DNA of 64,000 bases from Pseudogymnoascus verrucosus (taxonomy: Eukaryota), in assembly GCA_001662655.1 (NCBI GenBank), contig KV460236.1; one strand, written 5' to 3'. Positions within the stretch are counted from its first letter, which is position 1. The number at the start of each line of letters is the position of its first letter. The notes under the pieces were generated by a model. The model had not been told where the DNA came from. It did no database searches and saw only the letters and a program-made list of their open reading frames with translations. This document shows positions 35,031 to 47,856 of this stretch, in pieces. Position numbers and translations under genes: made by a program.

Positions 35031-37990
35031 GGTTTTCAATATCGTTCATGCATGATTTACATCCAGGGTTTATAGCTCTTACTCTACTTAGGCAGGGGGG
35101 ACATGACGCCACGCCCGTACCACGCCCGTACCTTAAATGACAATCTCACGACCAAATCAGGCTGTCTGATTAACATCTTTCTATAATGCATGCACAAACC
35201 CAATTCCCCCGCCGGTCCTCACACTTCCTCTCCTAATACTCACCGGGAATAAAAAATTATGCAGGCTTCGACCCACCATACATTTCATTAACAGCCCGGA
35301 TCTAGCGGTTTGAGTAAGAAATACAACTTAGCACCATTATGCATGATTTACATCCAAGCTTGCCTGCCCTCCCCTGCTCCCCCTCCCCCCGATCAGCATC
35401 AGCGGCGGTACTAGGCAAGTTAAGTTAACTTAACCTAGCCCCGGCACTCAACGTACCCGCACCCACCCCGGACGCCCGTGCGTCCCGCCGCGCTGATCCC
35501 CGCGCCTTGGCCTGTAGGTCTTGGCGCTCTAGCGATTTCTGAGACAGCACCCACCACCATCATTACTAAACACTACTAAACATTACTAACACTACTAAGT
35601 TAATCTCCCACACTTTGTCTCTACCCAGAACTGGAAGAAATAAGACGCATCCGGCCAAGCGCGTGTCTCGAAGATCTCAAATACACCCCAGCACAGCTAC
35701 GTGCGCGACGACCCCGCTCGTTCGCCGCCCTGGTGGTGGTGTGGTAGTCTTGCCCTGGTCGCCGCTGAGAAGGCCACCACGCAAGGGTAGGGGGGAGGGA
35801 GGGGGGCGGACGGGGATACCCCAGCTTGACCACGGGAGTGCGATGCCCCGGGTGGTAGCTTGGTTGCTGAGCCTCAGCTATAGATACTAGCTAGACGGGG
35901 TAACCTAGCTGGGTGGGTGATTACTCACGACCACCTTCGCCGCGCCGGCGAGCTCGCCGATCCGGATGGCCCCGCCCCCCCTGTGCTGGGTTGCTGTGGT
36001 TGATGAGTGATCAGTGTTGTGGTTGATCCGAGCGCGTTGCCCGGTGATGGGCCGCTGACAGTGCGTGATGGCGGGCTTTGAAGGCGGGCTGGGTGTGGGG
36101 AAGGGACGTCATGGCTTTTGGGAGGTGGTGGATCGCTGGACCGAGGTCGGCGCAGGGGGAGATGGGGAAGAAGCAGCAGCAGCAGGAGTAGGGAGGGCAT
36201 GAGGGCGCTGCACACTGGCGGTTCACTGGCGGAGCCACGGCGGTGCCACGGCGGCATTGGATGCAGCGCGGCGGTGCGGCGGCGGCACTTTGCTGGGCAA
36301 CGGCGCCATCACGGTGCTTTGCAAGTCACGCCGGAGGAAGGGGTGGAGATTCGAAGGGGAGTGTGGTGGAGAACACATCGCACACCAGAAGCAGGACGGA
36401 CACAGAATGGTACGATAATGATGATTCCTGCGTCCCGGCGTCTGCTTCAACGGCCTCTGTACCTGCTTTGAACGAGACAAGGCTGTCTAGCTATGTCTAC
36501 ATGGTAGGCTATTACTACTGTTATCAACGAACAGGTGTGAGGTTCGAGACAGCGGTCTTGGGAAGGGAGGTACAAGACAAGATACATAGTGCGAGAGCTG
36601 CGAGACCGTTAGTGGCAAATGTATGTAGGGGGGGGGAGTGTCACGCACCACCCTGCTTGTTTCTGCGGCAGGTGATGCATCGCATCGCCGCGCATCGAAC
36701 TCAAGCAGGGCCGCACCTGCCTGCCTACCTACCTGCCCTGCTGTTTTTGCTCTCCTCTGCAGCGGCACAACGGCGATGCGCACAGTAAAGGGTTCGCTCG
36801 CGCGGTGCAACGGTGGCTGATCGCAGTGGTGGTGCCGTCGATGCTACCCTATCGACGATGGTGGCGCGCCGATGCGATCTGGTTCATGGGAAGGGGGGTG
36901 TCGTATCGTAGGGTGCCATTCCCATTTCCACGAGGCTGGATCGGGGGAGACGATTATTCTTAGTGGGCGGTGGTGGTGCCTCTCTCCCGTTGCGTTTGTT
37001 TACACCTCATCCCCGCCCTCTTCCCGCTCACTTAACCTCCTCTTCCCTGTCCATCCTCCCGTTCCCCCTCCGTTAGCTTCCTTGTCTACCTCTCCCGTCC
37101 CCCTTCCCTGTCCAGCTGCTGCGACTGCCGGCGTCCTAAACACCCATTCCCCATAACGGTAACATCCCCGCCCTCGACGCGGGCCGGTGTGCTAGGAGGG
37201 CACGGCCTGGACGGCTGGGCGATGTTACATCGATGCGGGAGGAAGGGGGGTTACGTTTCCCTGGCGGAGGGTTACATCACGATGCATCTTCGATGGATCG
37301 AGAGTTGGGGCGTTTCCGCGGTGATGGTGGTGGTGGTGGTGGTGGTGGTGGTAACTGGGGGTTTCGATCGGGGGGAGGGGCGCGTGGTGGGTGGGCGTGG
37401 CATGATGTGGTGCGACGCGGGCACGAGGGGCAGGTGGGTTTGCGGTGCGTGTGATGCTGTGGTTTGGTGGGGATGGGGTGGATTGGGGGTGAGAAGGGGA
37501 GAAGGGGTGCTGTGTGTGATTTGTTTTGGGGGGGTTTGGGGCGTTTTTTTCTGGGGCGTGAGGAGGGCTGTAGGGGGCTGGTGGAGGGGGTGATAGGTTG
37601 GTGGCGTTTTTGTGTGGTGGATTGGGGATTGGGGGATGTGGTAAGTGGTAAGTGGTAAGTGTTCTTTTGTGATAGATGTGATAGATGTGGTTATTGGAAG
37701 GAGAGGAAGAGGTGAGTTGGAGTTGAAGTTATAGTTTACTGGTATATGATAGTAGTATAATGTAAATATATAAGTTGAATTGGTTACAGGAGAGTATAGG
37801 GAATAGATCTATAATTATATCTGTCAACTTTTATTCATACTATTTTTTCTTGAGTGAGAAATAAAAATAAAAATAAAATATTGAATTGAAAGGCCAAAAG
37901 TCACCAAAAATTACAATTTACACACTGAAAACATCAAGCCATTTCGACAAAGCATCACAACCTAATGTACGAAGGCTTCCCATTGATCAT

Positions 37991-40432
37991 CAGTGTTGCC
38001 CGAGTACTACTCTGAATACTCGAGTACTGCCAAGCCCTTGGCAAAGAGGGGTAATATAGATTGTAGAATAGATAATTGAAGCTTCTACTTGAGCGTTCTG
38101 TATTACTTCCTGTAATGAGTGACTCTTCGCTGTCGCCGGTGCCGGCTGAGTATCAGTCTGATGCTTTAGAGCTGCCGCCCCTTATTCCAATGCCCCTTAT
38201 TTCGATGCTGCATATGCCTCTAAGAGTTCAATTACCTGATTCTACATCAATACTCTTTTCCAAAAGACTATTCTACCGTACTTTATTAGATATAGTACCT
38301 GCTAGAATCTAATACCAATGCCTTCAAACCAATTGTGGATATACGCTGAGCTAGCCCCTAAAGAACCCAACGACGAGCAATCTATAGAAGCATCTTTAGA
38401 AGCAGCACCCATCGGTGCATGCAGACAATATCTTCAATTCGAAGCTCATCAACACCCTCTACTTCTGCTTCTGCTTTCTTCTAGCCCCGCTAAGCACCTA
38501 GTAATGCACTAAGTTCGTCGAAATATAGAGAGCTTGTTCTCTCTTTTATAGTATCAAATAACCTACCATTACGCCTTATTGAAAGCTAATCCTTCTAGCA
38601 ATTAGTTCACCATCTAAATCCTATAGTCTTAACAGTTAGTAGAACTACAATTAGACGAGATCTATATCGACTATTCTGCTATTATAAAGCACGGCTTCAA
38701 GTAGAATTACAACAGCATATTACAAGCGGTAGATAACTGGCAATAACGACAGATACTTAGTCTGCTCAGAACTATTCTAAATATGCAGCAGTTACAGTAC
38801 ACTAGATTAATGATAATTAGCAAATGAGAAATACCATACTCGACGTTATACACCTACAAGAGCCAATCTACTCTAGTGAATACCTTGCTAAACAGTTAAT
38901 AAATGTGACGGACGATTACAGTATTACGCCTACAATCTTTACTATTACAAGAGATAACGCCTCTACGAATACAACTATGCTATTAGAATATGAGAAGCTA
39001 GCTTCAGTACAACCTGTTACTCTAAAACAACCATGGGCTTTTATAGCAAAAGTAGGAGACGTACGCTGTATTAGGCATATTATCAATATTGCTGTTCAAG
39101 CTGCTTTAGCCTCTTTAAAAGCAACACTAGATGAAGGCCTAGAGGCATATCGGCTTGAGATTAGGGTAGCACAAATACCACTTACTTCTGAAAATGATAT
39201 CGTCACTGTTCTTGCTAAGCTCTAGCGTTATATATATGTGTTTTAGAACTGCCGTAGATAGAAAGACGCCTTGAAGAATCAGTGTAAAGCTGCGAGTATT
39301 AAAGTCCGTCAGTTAACTCTTGATATGCTAGTCTGATAGAGCTCAACTTATCATATAATTGATACAGCTTTAAAGCTTTAGGTTCCAATTATAGCTTTAT
39401 GTGCATTATAGCAACTTGATATTAGTATAAGAGATATTGCTTTAACAACAGTAGACTAGGCTACGCTACATGACTTATTAAAGCTATTCTATATCTTCGT
39501 CCGCCTAACTAAGAAGTTACAGGGCTCTTCTTATCTATCTCTTAACTACGCTGTTCCGTAGTATATGAGGATGATCAAGAAGCTTAAAGATATGAGAAGT
39601 AAGCTACTAGAACGAAGCCTAATTGCTACTGCTACGTCAATTGCGTTAAAGAAGCTTAATGATTACTATACTCTAGCTACAAATTAGCAACAGAGCCACT
39701 CTACAATTGCTACGATCTGTGATCCTCGGTATAACTTTAACGTCTTTAATATTATATGGAAAGATAGCACGCACTTAACTAGGAAGAATAGGGCAAAAGC
39801 ACAGTGGCAGGACTGCTTCTATCAATATTTAGGCCGCGAGTCTGATATTCGAGCAGCAGACGTTATGAATAGTATTGAAGCTAAGGATCTAGATATAGAG
39901 CAAGCTATAAATATCGATATCGACTCAGAAGATGAGCTATACGTATCACAAAGCCGCCACAATATTGAGCCAGAATAGAAGCAATGGATAAAGGAGCTGA
40001 CAGTTGGTAGGGATACGGATATTCTTAAGTATTAGCAGAGTAAGCAATACTAATATCCATTAATTGCTTCTATTGCAAGGGATTACCTAGCTATTCCAGC
40101 TACCTCAGCAGACTCAGAACGAGTATTTAGTGTCGGTGGTGATATTATCACAAAGAAACGGAACCGATTATCGCCTTCTACACTTAGATATCTACTTTGC
40201 TTACGGAATTGGGGTGTTTTATCACAAGGCGACGACGAAGACAGCGGCGACGATGCAGATAATGAGAGTTAGAATAGTAATATACAGTTTTATATCAATA
40301 TCTATTTTAAGCTCGAGTACTACTCGAGGTATTCGAGTACCGGTACTCGAATACCGGTACTCGAGCTTCAATTTTCAGTACTCTACTCGAGGATGCTCGA
40401 GTAGTACTCGGAGCGGTATTCGGGCAACACTG
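37991..40432 (+). mobile_element. hAT-superfamily DNA transposon, 2442 bp, RIP-inactivated
   Basis: TIRs CAGTGTTGCCCGA(G/A)TAC at both ends; perfect 8-bp TSD TTGATCAT (37983-37990 and 40433-40440); subterminal TACTCG/CGAGTA repeats; remnants of a hAT transposase. Confidence 0.96.
38740..40272 (+). pseudogene. hAT transposase pseudogene
   Basis: Translated through stops: TTDT*S..., VTVH*I, ITRDNASTN, VRCIRHIINIAVQ, LDMLV**SSTY and the dimerisation domain LKY*QSKQY*YPLIASIARDYLAIPATSADSERVFS.GG.IITKKRNRL. Confidence 0.92.
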
Positions 40433-40746
40433 TTGATCATTACATAGTCAATGAACAGCGGACAGCAGATAGGAGCGTCATATTCTAGCAGATAAGGCTT
40501 CATTGATTCTCGTCATATAAACTTTGCATATCACATAGATTGTCAAAAGGCAGCATAAACTCTATCGGACAAGCCTTCTTATTGATTCCCACCCGTTCTA
40601 TGAGATTTGACCATCAAATAGTAAATATACAGAAAACTCCTCCACTTTCCCCCCTTTACAACTGCGTCTTGCCAGACCTGGCTGGGAGAAGAAGTGGAAA
40701 GCATCGTTCTTAAATCTACCCCCTATCCTACCAGCAAATCGATAAC

Positions 40747-43700
40747 CTACTTCCCAACACCCCAAATGTCTCCGTTCCATCCCCCCTCTCTCGCCCGTCT
40801 CCCGCCACGCATCCGACTCTTATCCGGGCCGGTGCTAAACAACAACGCCACTGCGTCGCCGGCAACACCTTGTACCAGATCCGCCATCGCGTTGCGGCCG
40901 AGTCCTTCTTTTTCTTCTTCTGTGCCCGCTCCTCCTTTTGATGTGGGAGCGTCGGGGCCGAGAAAGATGTTGGTGAGTTCGGTGTTAGTGGCGATGACGC
41001 TAGCGAGCTCCATGCTCTCGAGGAAGTGGTCGCGCGAGATATAGAGGCCGGCATTGTTGAGGAGGGCGGCGTATGCGAGGAGGGTAGGCGGGAGGTAAGT
41101 TGCGTGGAGTGGGATGAGGGCGGGGTTTGCTTTGGTGCTATCAGCATGGTGCGTGGGTGCAAACAGGAGTTAGTAAGAGTGAGAACATACCTTCCCGACT
41201 CTTCACAAGCCAATTATCCAGCAACGGCGCGACGCTGTGCCGAATATTGGCAAAATTCGTATGAAACTCGAGACGAAGCTTCTTGCTCAACCGCTCATCT
41301 TGTTTACTACGCTGTGTCAGGAGGTGGAGGTCATAAGGGGGATTCTGGCTCTGCGGGTTCTGCTCCTCCAGCTGCTGCCGCAACTGCTGGCGCTGCTCTG
41401 GGGTCTGGATCTTCGCCTTGGTGCGGCGGCGGGGGAAGTGGGGGAAAGAAAGTGGGGTGGAGACATACACCTGCGACAACTGCAGTGAGTCGATGATACC
41501 CGCGACGCCTTCGATGAAGTCGAGCGCATTAACCAAGCCCTCGAGCTCGACGTACGCGCGCGCCTCGTCAGCCATGTGTTTGCGGAGGAGGCTCTCGAGG
41601 TCCGTACTATCGCCGCCGTCGCTGAGCTGGGACAGCTCGAGCGATTCGCCGAGGAGGACGGGGGTTTTCGCCGCGGCAATGTCGCGAGAGGGCATGCACC
41701 CCGCCAGCTCGCGCGCGGCGGCGATGTGGCCGTGTTTGAAGAAGCGGACGAAGAGCGCGGTGCCAGTGCGGAAGGTTTCGCTCCACATCCCATCGACGAG
41801 GAGGTGCCATTCGAAGGCGCGGATGAGGAGGGCTTCAGGGCGCGCGACGGCGTTGCCGATGAAGTTGGGGCGCAGCTTTTGGCTGAGGCCTTGGTTGGAG
41901 TGTTGGCCTGGGACGAGGATGGAGAATGTGCGCGCGGCGGGGTAGCCGGGGGTGGTGTCGGGGTAGTCGACGAGGAGGAAGGCGGTTTGGAGGCGTACGA
42001 AGCGCTGGACGTCGAGGCCGAGTTCTTTCATTAGCTTGATTTGGGTGATGCGCTGGTCGGGGTCGGTGACATCGAGGAGTTCGCGGGAGAGGGTCGAGTA
42101 GGTCCTGGCGTCGGAGAGCTGGGCGGCGTAGAGGGGGATGAGCTCTTCTTTGCCGGCGAGGCGGAGGAAGGAGATGTAGGCTACGACTACGCTTTCGATG
42201 GCGTAGGTATCCTTCTCGTTGACGAAGGTCATGCCCAGGCTCTTGAAGGCAAGGACCATGTGCGCCAAGACTCGGAGACTGTCAAAATCTTCCGTCTTGA
42301 TATACACAACCCTGTCCTCATTCTTAGGATCGGTCTGGAGATCGTCGATCAATTTCGAGGTATCCTGGGCATTTGCGGCTTTGGAGATGGCAATTCCCTG
42401 TTCGCGTATGAAATCGCGGAATGTATTCGCGATAAGAACCCCCTGGAGCATCTTCAGGGGCTGCTGTGCCTCCTTTATGAGTCCAGGCTTTGCATTCAAC
42501 AAATCCACAGTTCTCCGCCCCACGGTGGCTGGGTCGCCGTGAAAGCTGATCGCATCAAAAGCCTCAATTGATTGGACCTGGTCTTGGGGCGCACGGCTCG
42601 GGAATTTCTTCAAAACGAACGCCTCGTACTGGCTTCGGATCAGCGAGTTGTAGTGGACGAACATCTCGTCGTCCCAGGATTTGCAGACTGGCGCAACACT
42701 CCAGAAGTCGCCGGCGAGAATACCGTACACGGCAGTCTCATAAATATCGGAGCCTCCCCGCTTGGCCAAGGCATGGCACATGCGGCGCCACAGCGCCCTC
42801 GAGCCATGGTCTGCGGTATCGTTTTGCGAGTCGTCATCTGGGAAACCGCCCATGCTCACAGCGCGCCAGATTTCCTGACGGTCTTGACACCATTCTCTGA
42901 TATCCTCGCCGCTCTTTCCACGGCGGAGGAGCTCGTAACAGCCGCGCCAGATGGCCCTTTCAAAGTATTGATCTGGCGCTTCTAGGTTAAGGTTCTGGCG
43001 TATTGGCGCATCGGGATCCAGTTGCGTGACGAGAGCCTCTGTCTTGGACGCATTGCGGAGGGCGCGGCTGACGTCTGGGTTGGTAGGATCAAGGATGTAT
43101 TGCCACGCGTGGAGTCGCTTCTGATTTTTGATTGCGGATTTCGTGTGCAGCCATCCATGTGCGGTGATATCGCCTCTCTCAGCATTCTGCTGAAGTTCCT
43201 GGACCAACACATCGATATCCTCGCCAGACTCATCAGCAGTGTTCTTGAGCCACTCCAGCACGGTGTGTCGCTCCAACCCAAGCGTATCATTCTGTAAAAA
43301 TGAAGTCCAGATTTGACGCTCGGAAGAGTAGCGGTGGATTGGAGGCGCGTCTTGAGTTTGCGGCGGGCCATATTGCAATGTGGTCATTCGGCGTAACAGG
43401 TCCCACGTACGGGCCTCCTGCTCCCACCGCTTGAGGTCTTCAGGTGTAGTCATCGGGTTCGATTCGATAATTTCCTGGTCATCGGATCCATCTTCATCCA
43501 TCGCATCATCATCGTGGTCTGCCGTGAACCCCAGTATATTTTTCCTCCCTGTGTGGCCTGTTTGTCGGCGGTTGTGCTGCGCACGGAGTCTCTTCACAGC
43601 CTCAATCGCAATATCATGGTATGAATCGATGAGATCAAACGTCATATCCTTCCTGTCGGCATCGTCGACAGCCTTCAGGGGGTTGTAGCCATCCAGGACC

Positions 43701-44113
43701 TCCGCGAATTTCTCGACCTCTCGGCCAACCCTGTTTGCGGCTTCGCGCAGAGGGTGCAGGATATCTTCATGGCTATCTCCACTGTCGAAGTCCCGTGTCG
43801 GCTGGTATTCTAAAGAGAACATCTATTAGTTGAAGCTCGTTGGCCGCAGGAGGGTCTCGCGGCTTACTTATAGCATCGTATTCAAACTCGCCGTCGTAGT
43901 CCTGGAAGGAGCCAGAAGGGTTTTCAGAGAGCTCTCTTTCCGACCGGGAATCATCCTGTGCAATGTCAGCACGGGGCACAACATAGTAAATCTTAACCTG
44001 CTTACCCCTTCAAGCTGCCAGCTCTCTTCGCGGCTGACATGCGGCACGATGGCTTGAGGGTTCAAGAACTCATTGGGAGCTGTCTGGCGTCCCCGTCTGG
44101 TCATTGGCGCCAT
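40747..44113 (-). CDS. NUP84: Nuclear pore Y-complex nucleoporin Nup84/Nup107
   Basis: HPLREAANRVGREVEKFAEVLD, WE.EARTWDLL, GWLHTK..IK, LVTQLDPDAP.RQ, WC....EIWRA, YETAVYGILAGD. Predicted introns 44005-43956, ~43867-43823, ~41190-41130 and possibly 41470-41405. Last exon ends ...WNGDIWGVGK*. Confidence 0.92.
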
Positions 44114-44701
44114 GGCTGGAGGAGATAACAAAAACAAATACTACGAGCACGTTCAAGTAGATCCGGAGAAACAGACGATACTGCTCATTCAAAAATCAAA
44201 CCCAGAACGTCGTAGTTCTCAGTCGATACAGCTCCATGCGCTGTTCTTGGATTGTTTTTCTGAAGTTGTACCTTCGGCGCGTCTAGTTCAGCAGCTCGCC
44301 CATTACGGCTAAGCGTGGTCTTGGCACGCAGACCAGATAAATTCAGAATTTCCTCCTCGCAACTCTCCTCTTCTTTTCTCTTTACAATGTTTTCGGCCAT
44401 CTATTTAGAGTCTCGGGTCAAACATTCAATGCTTGATCAGGTCCCAAGAGGATCTCACTGCGTGCTGAAGATCGCCAAGAGGGAATCCGCTTCCTTACAA
44501 CAGAACCCTGACCTCTCGTGGGGATGAAGGTGGACGTTAAATTGGAGTGGTATATATTTCATTTTGTACACAGAATTTGCTTGAGGCTGTTGTGAAGAAG
44601 AGAGGGGAAGCTATTCTTCCTCTTCGAGCATCTCCTTGAGTACTTCATACATAGTTTTGCTTCTATAGATATGCGCCGAATAGTCCTGCCAAGGTCTATA
44701 C

Positions 44702-45115
44702 CTACTTTGAACCCTTCTCTTGCGCGAGTTGCCTCATTTTCAGCCTGAGCAGGTTCGCCTTCGGACAGCTTACTGTCTTTGCGGCATCTCCGTACTTCTC
44801 ATAGAAGGCGTTGCAGCACTCGTACAGAGCGTCTATCTCAGCTTTACACTTTGACTCGTCATAATTGTTCTTTTGTATACAGTCTGAAGGATATGTCAGC
44901 GAAATCCCCATTTTCCAGACGGTATGACATACTTTGAATGGCACACTAAAAGGGTCTTGTTAGTGGTGACCTTGAAGCGAAGTTATACAAAGTCAGAAGG
45001 AATACTAACTGCTCGTGGGTGACACGGAGGATCCGTCGTAATATCGTCCTTTGGTGCCTGCGGCGGTAGTCAGCGAAAACAGCTTCTTTGTGTGGGATGA
45101 TGGCATACATACCAT
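44702..45115 (-). CDS. CMC4: Twin Cx9C mitochondrial intermembrane-space protein Cmc4 (p8-MTCP1-like)
   Basis: Coding exons 45115-45113 (ATG only), 45057-45010, 44945-44933 (13 nt) and 44883-44702 give MAPKDDITTDPPCHPRACAIQNCIQKNNYDESKC...LYECCNAFY...SCPK. Confidence 0.88.
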
Positions 45116-45612
45116 AATTTGATAGACCGCCGAGTATTAAACCGTCCCTTAACCCGCCGTAACGTTATCAAACAAGAAAAGCTTATAAAATAGGCAACAG
45201 TGCTCTATAAGTCCAGGCTCCGAATAAACATCAAGCTCTAATTGGGTATAGAAGTCAAAAGAAGTGTGAATTCCAAACGCATCCACGCTCGCCACAGTAC
45301 TTCTTCTTCTGCCAGGATCGGATAACTGTTCACCCCATCGCGTATCAATTAGCGCGGACCAAAGCCGCAGTTCGCGCCACGCCACGGCCCTTTCACCAGT
45401 CCGCCTACGACAAAATCGCAACCTACCTCTTAACACCAACATTCAACATCCAACACCCCTCACGATCTAACACTCTTCAGCTTCACAACCCCAGAACAAC
45501 ACACAGTACGCCCAACACCCCCCCTCTCTTCACACGCCCCAGACCCCCAGCGACACAACATCTCTAACACCCCCCCCTCCAGCTCTCACCACACCCTCAA
45601 CACAACCTCACC

Positions 45613-46072
45613 ATGTCCGGCTCCGACGAGAACGGCTCCCCCGGCAGCGCGCCCAACAAGCCCGAAGAGGCGCAGCAGACAGAGCACCTCAACATCAAAG
45701 TGACGGACAACAACAACGAGGTCTTCTTCAAGATCAAGCGCACCACCCAGCTCAAGAAGCTGATGGATGCCTTCTGTGAGAGGCAGGGCAAGGCGCCTAG
45801 CTCGGTTAGGTTCTTGTTTGATGGGAGTCGAGTGCAGGCTACGGATTCGCCTGATACTGTGAGTTGATGGCTACGTTTCCTTTTTTCTTACTTTGTGCTT
45901 GGGTGGACTTGGGTGGATGGGCGCGAGGCTGCGTGATGATGAGCCCCGCGATGTGGATGATGATGACCCCACTATTATAGGCAACATAACTAACATCCCC
46001 CAGCTCGACATGCAAGACGGCGACACCCTCGAGGTGCACCAAGAGCAGATCGGCGGCTGCGCTTCTGCCTAA
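45613..46072 (+). CDS. SMT3: SUMO (small ubiquitin-like modifier)
   Basis: EHLNIKVTDNNNEVFFKIKRTTQLKKLMDAFCERQG...VRFLFDG; intron 45859-46003; exon 2 LDMQDGDTLEVHQEQIGG-CASA* contains the di-Gly maturation site. Confidence 0.97.
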
Positions 46073-46700
46073 ACCAACCCCTCTCTCAGCACACCACAAA
46101 AGTTTTCGTTTTCGCATCGCAACGGTCCGGGGGGGGGGTGGGGGGCGAAACGAATCTGACAAAACGAAATTGACATTTTATTTTGCGAGATGAGATGAGG
46201 ATTTGGACTGAGTGAGCCATGCAGTGTGTCCGTCGATACGAGGCTTTGAGCCCGTTGACGAGATGACGATGGTTATGGGTTTATTTGATATGAATGGATG
46301 GATGGTGATGGTGGGACTGGGATTCGCTCCTTTTTATTGGGGGAGGGTTCATGGCGTTTTTTTCTTATTTTGAGATTTGATCTTTGATCTTAGAGCGGTG
46401 GGTGGTTGGGTGGTGGGTGGATGGGATGAGAGAGATCTATGTGCTTGCTTCTGGCTTGGGAATGTAGATCTCTCCGATCTGTCGTGTCGCTGCATGGCTA
46501 GATTAGAGGGGGTGCTTGCGAATACAGAGGTTTTCTGATCTGATTTGGCCTTTTGTCTTTGGTCCATCTTGGTGTTACTGTGGACGATGATGATAGTGTG
46601 CGTGATATGTTGAGTGGGCAATGTGTGATACAGTTGGTCTACTCCGTGACGAAACAATCGTAATAATGCTAGCTATATACAACCCTCTACCCCCACCCCT

Positions 46701-47349
46701 CTAATCCTCCCAAACACTCCTCCTCGCCTTCTCCCTCTCCTCCTCCTCCCTAACCTTCTCCTCTTTTTCCCTCTTCTGCTTCTTAATAACCTCCTCCCTA
46801 ACCGCCCTCTCATACGCCCTCTCCTCCTCCGTCTTCTTCGGCGCCCTTATCCCCAACGCCCCCGCTATCATCCTCCTAGCTACCGCATCCGTTTTCTCCT
46901 GTCTCTTTTCTCCTCCTCCCCCACCTAGTCGTCCTTCGCGCGCCGGTGATGAGGGGGTAGGGGATGTGTAGCCGCCGAAGCGGTCGGCGATGCTGCTCAC
47001 ACCCCCGGACGAGGAGGAGGGACTGGTGGGGAGAGAGGTGGGAGGGGGGGAGATGGGAGTTGGTGGTGGGGCGGAGGGGTTGGAGGGGCGGCGGGTTAGG
47101 GCGTCGTCGTCTTCTTCTTCTAAACTGTCTGGTCGTGGCGCTGCTTCATTGTCGTCGTCGTCGTCTTCCCAGGAGTCGACGAGGGGGGCGGGGGCAGGTT
47201 TGCGAGTGGATGGGATGGAGGAGGTGGAGAGGGAGAGGGAGGAGAGGGTTTTGTTTAGGTCTGCTGGGGGTTAGCTGGCGTGTTTGAGGGGGGGTGGTTG
47301 GAGGGGAGGGAGGGGGATATGGCGCACCTTTGGGTGTTTGTGAGGACAT
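46701..47349 (-). CDS. Conserved-looking fungal hypothetical protein (DSWED acidic motif, Pro-rich middle, EKTDAVARRMIAGALG plus coiled coil ending W-E-D)
   Basis: ATG at 47349; phase-1 intron 47327-47264 or 47261 (NAGNAG acceptor); continuous ORF to TAG at 46701. Confidence 0.75.
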
Positions 47350-47856
47350 AGTGGCTTAGTAGATTGGTCGTGTGAGGTCGTGTTGTATGTATATATAGAA
47401 GAGGCGCTGCGGTGGTGTATTGGCGGCGGGGATGAGAGGCAGAGTTCCCCGCTCCGTGAGGCTTATACGTGTAGTGGGGTCTTAAACGAAAAGACAGAAG
47501 ATCTAAAAGTGGAAGAAGAGTATTAAATTAGAATTATGACGACGATTTATCCTTATTTTAAAAAGCTTGTTTCTCTATTGAAAGAAGTAGTGATGAACTG
47601 GTGGATTGGGCTTGGAACTGCGATCTTAGGATCTGGATCCGGATCTTGCTTTCTGCGGGGTTCAACTTTATCCACGCAGGTCCGGAATAACGCTGGTAGC
47701 GAGGCGATGACATGGGAAGGAAACCTGGACGACGAGGCTGAACAAACAAACTACTACCACCAACGTAGTTCGTGGGCGAGGCTGAGGGCGTCAGGGGGGA
47801 GGTTAGCACAGGCACTTGGTTCGGCTAGAGTTACAGTTTTCTGCTACGAACCTAGA

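Noticed and set aside
25900..37660. Numerous 60-220 aa ORFs in the gene-free region
   Set aside because: They overlap on both strands, are low-complexity translations of microsatellites, often start at non-ATG codons and show no recognisable motifs.
45930..45970. TGATGA repeats in the SMT3 intron as a box C/D snoRNA
   Set aside because: There is no downstream CTGA box D or terminal stem; it looks like a GAT microsatellite.
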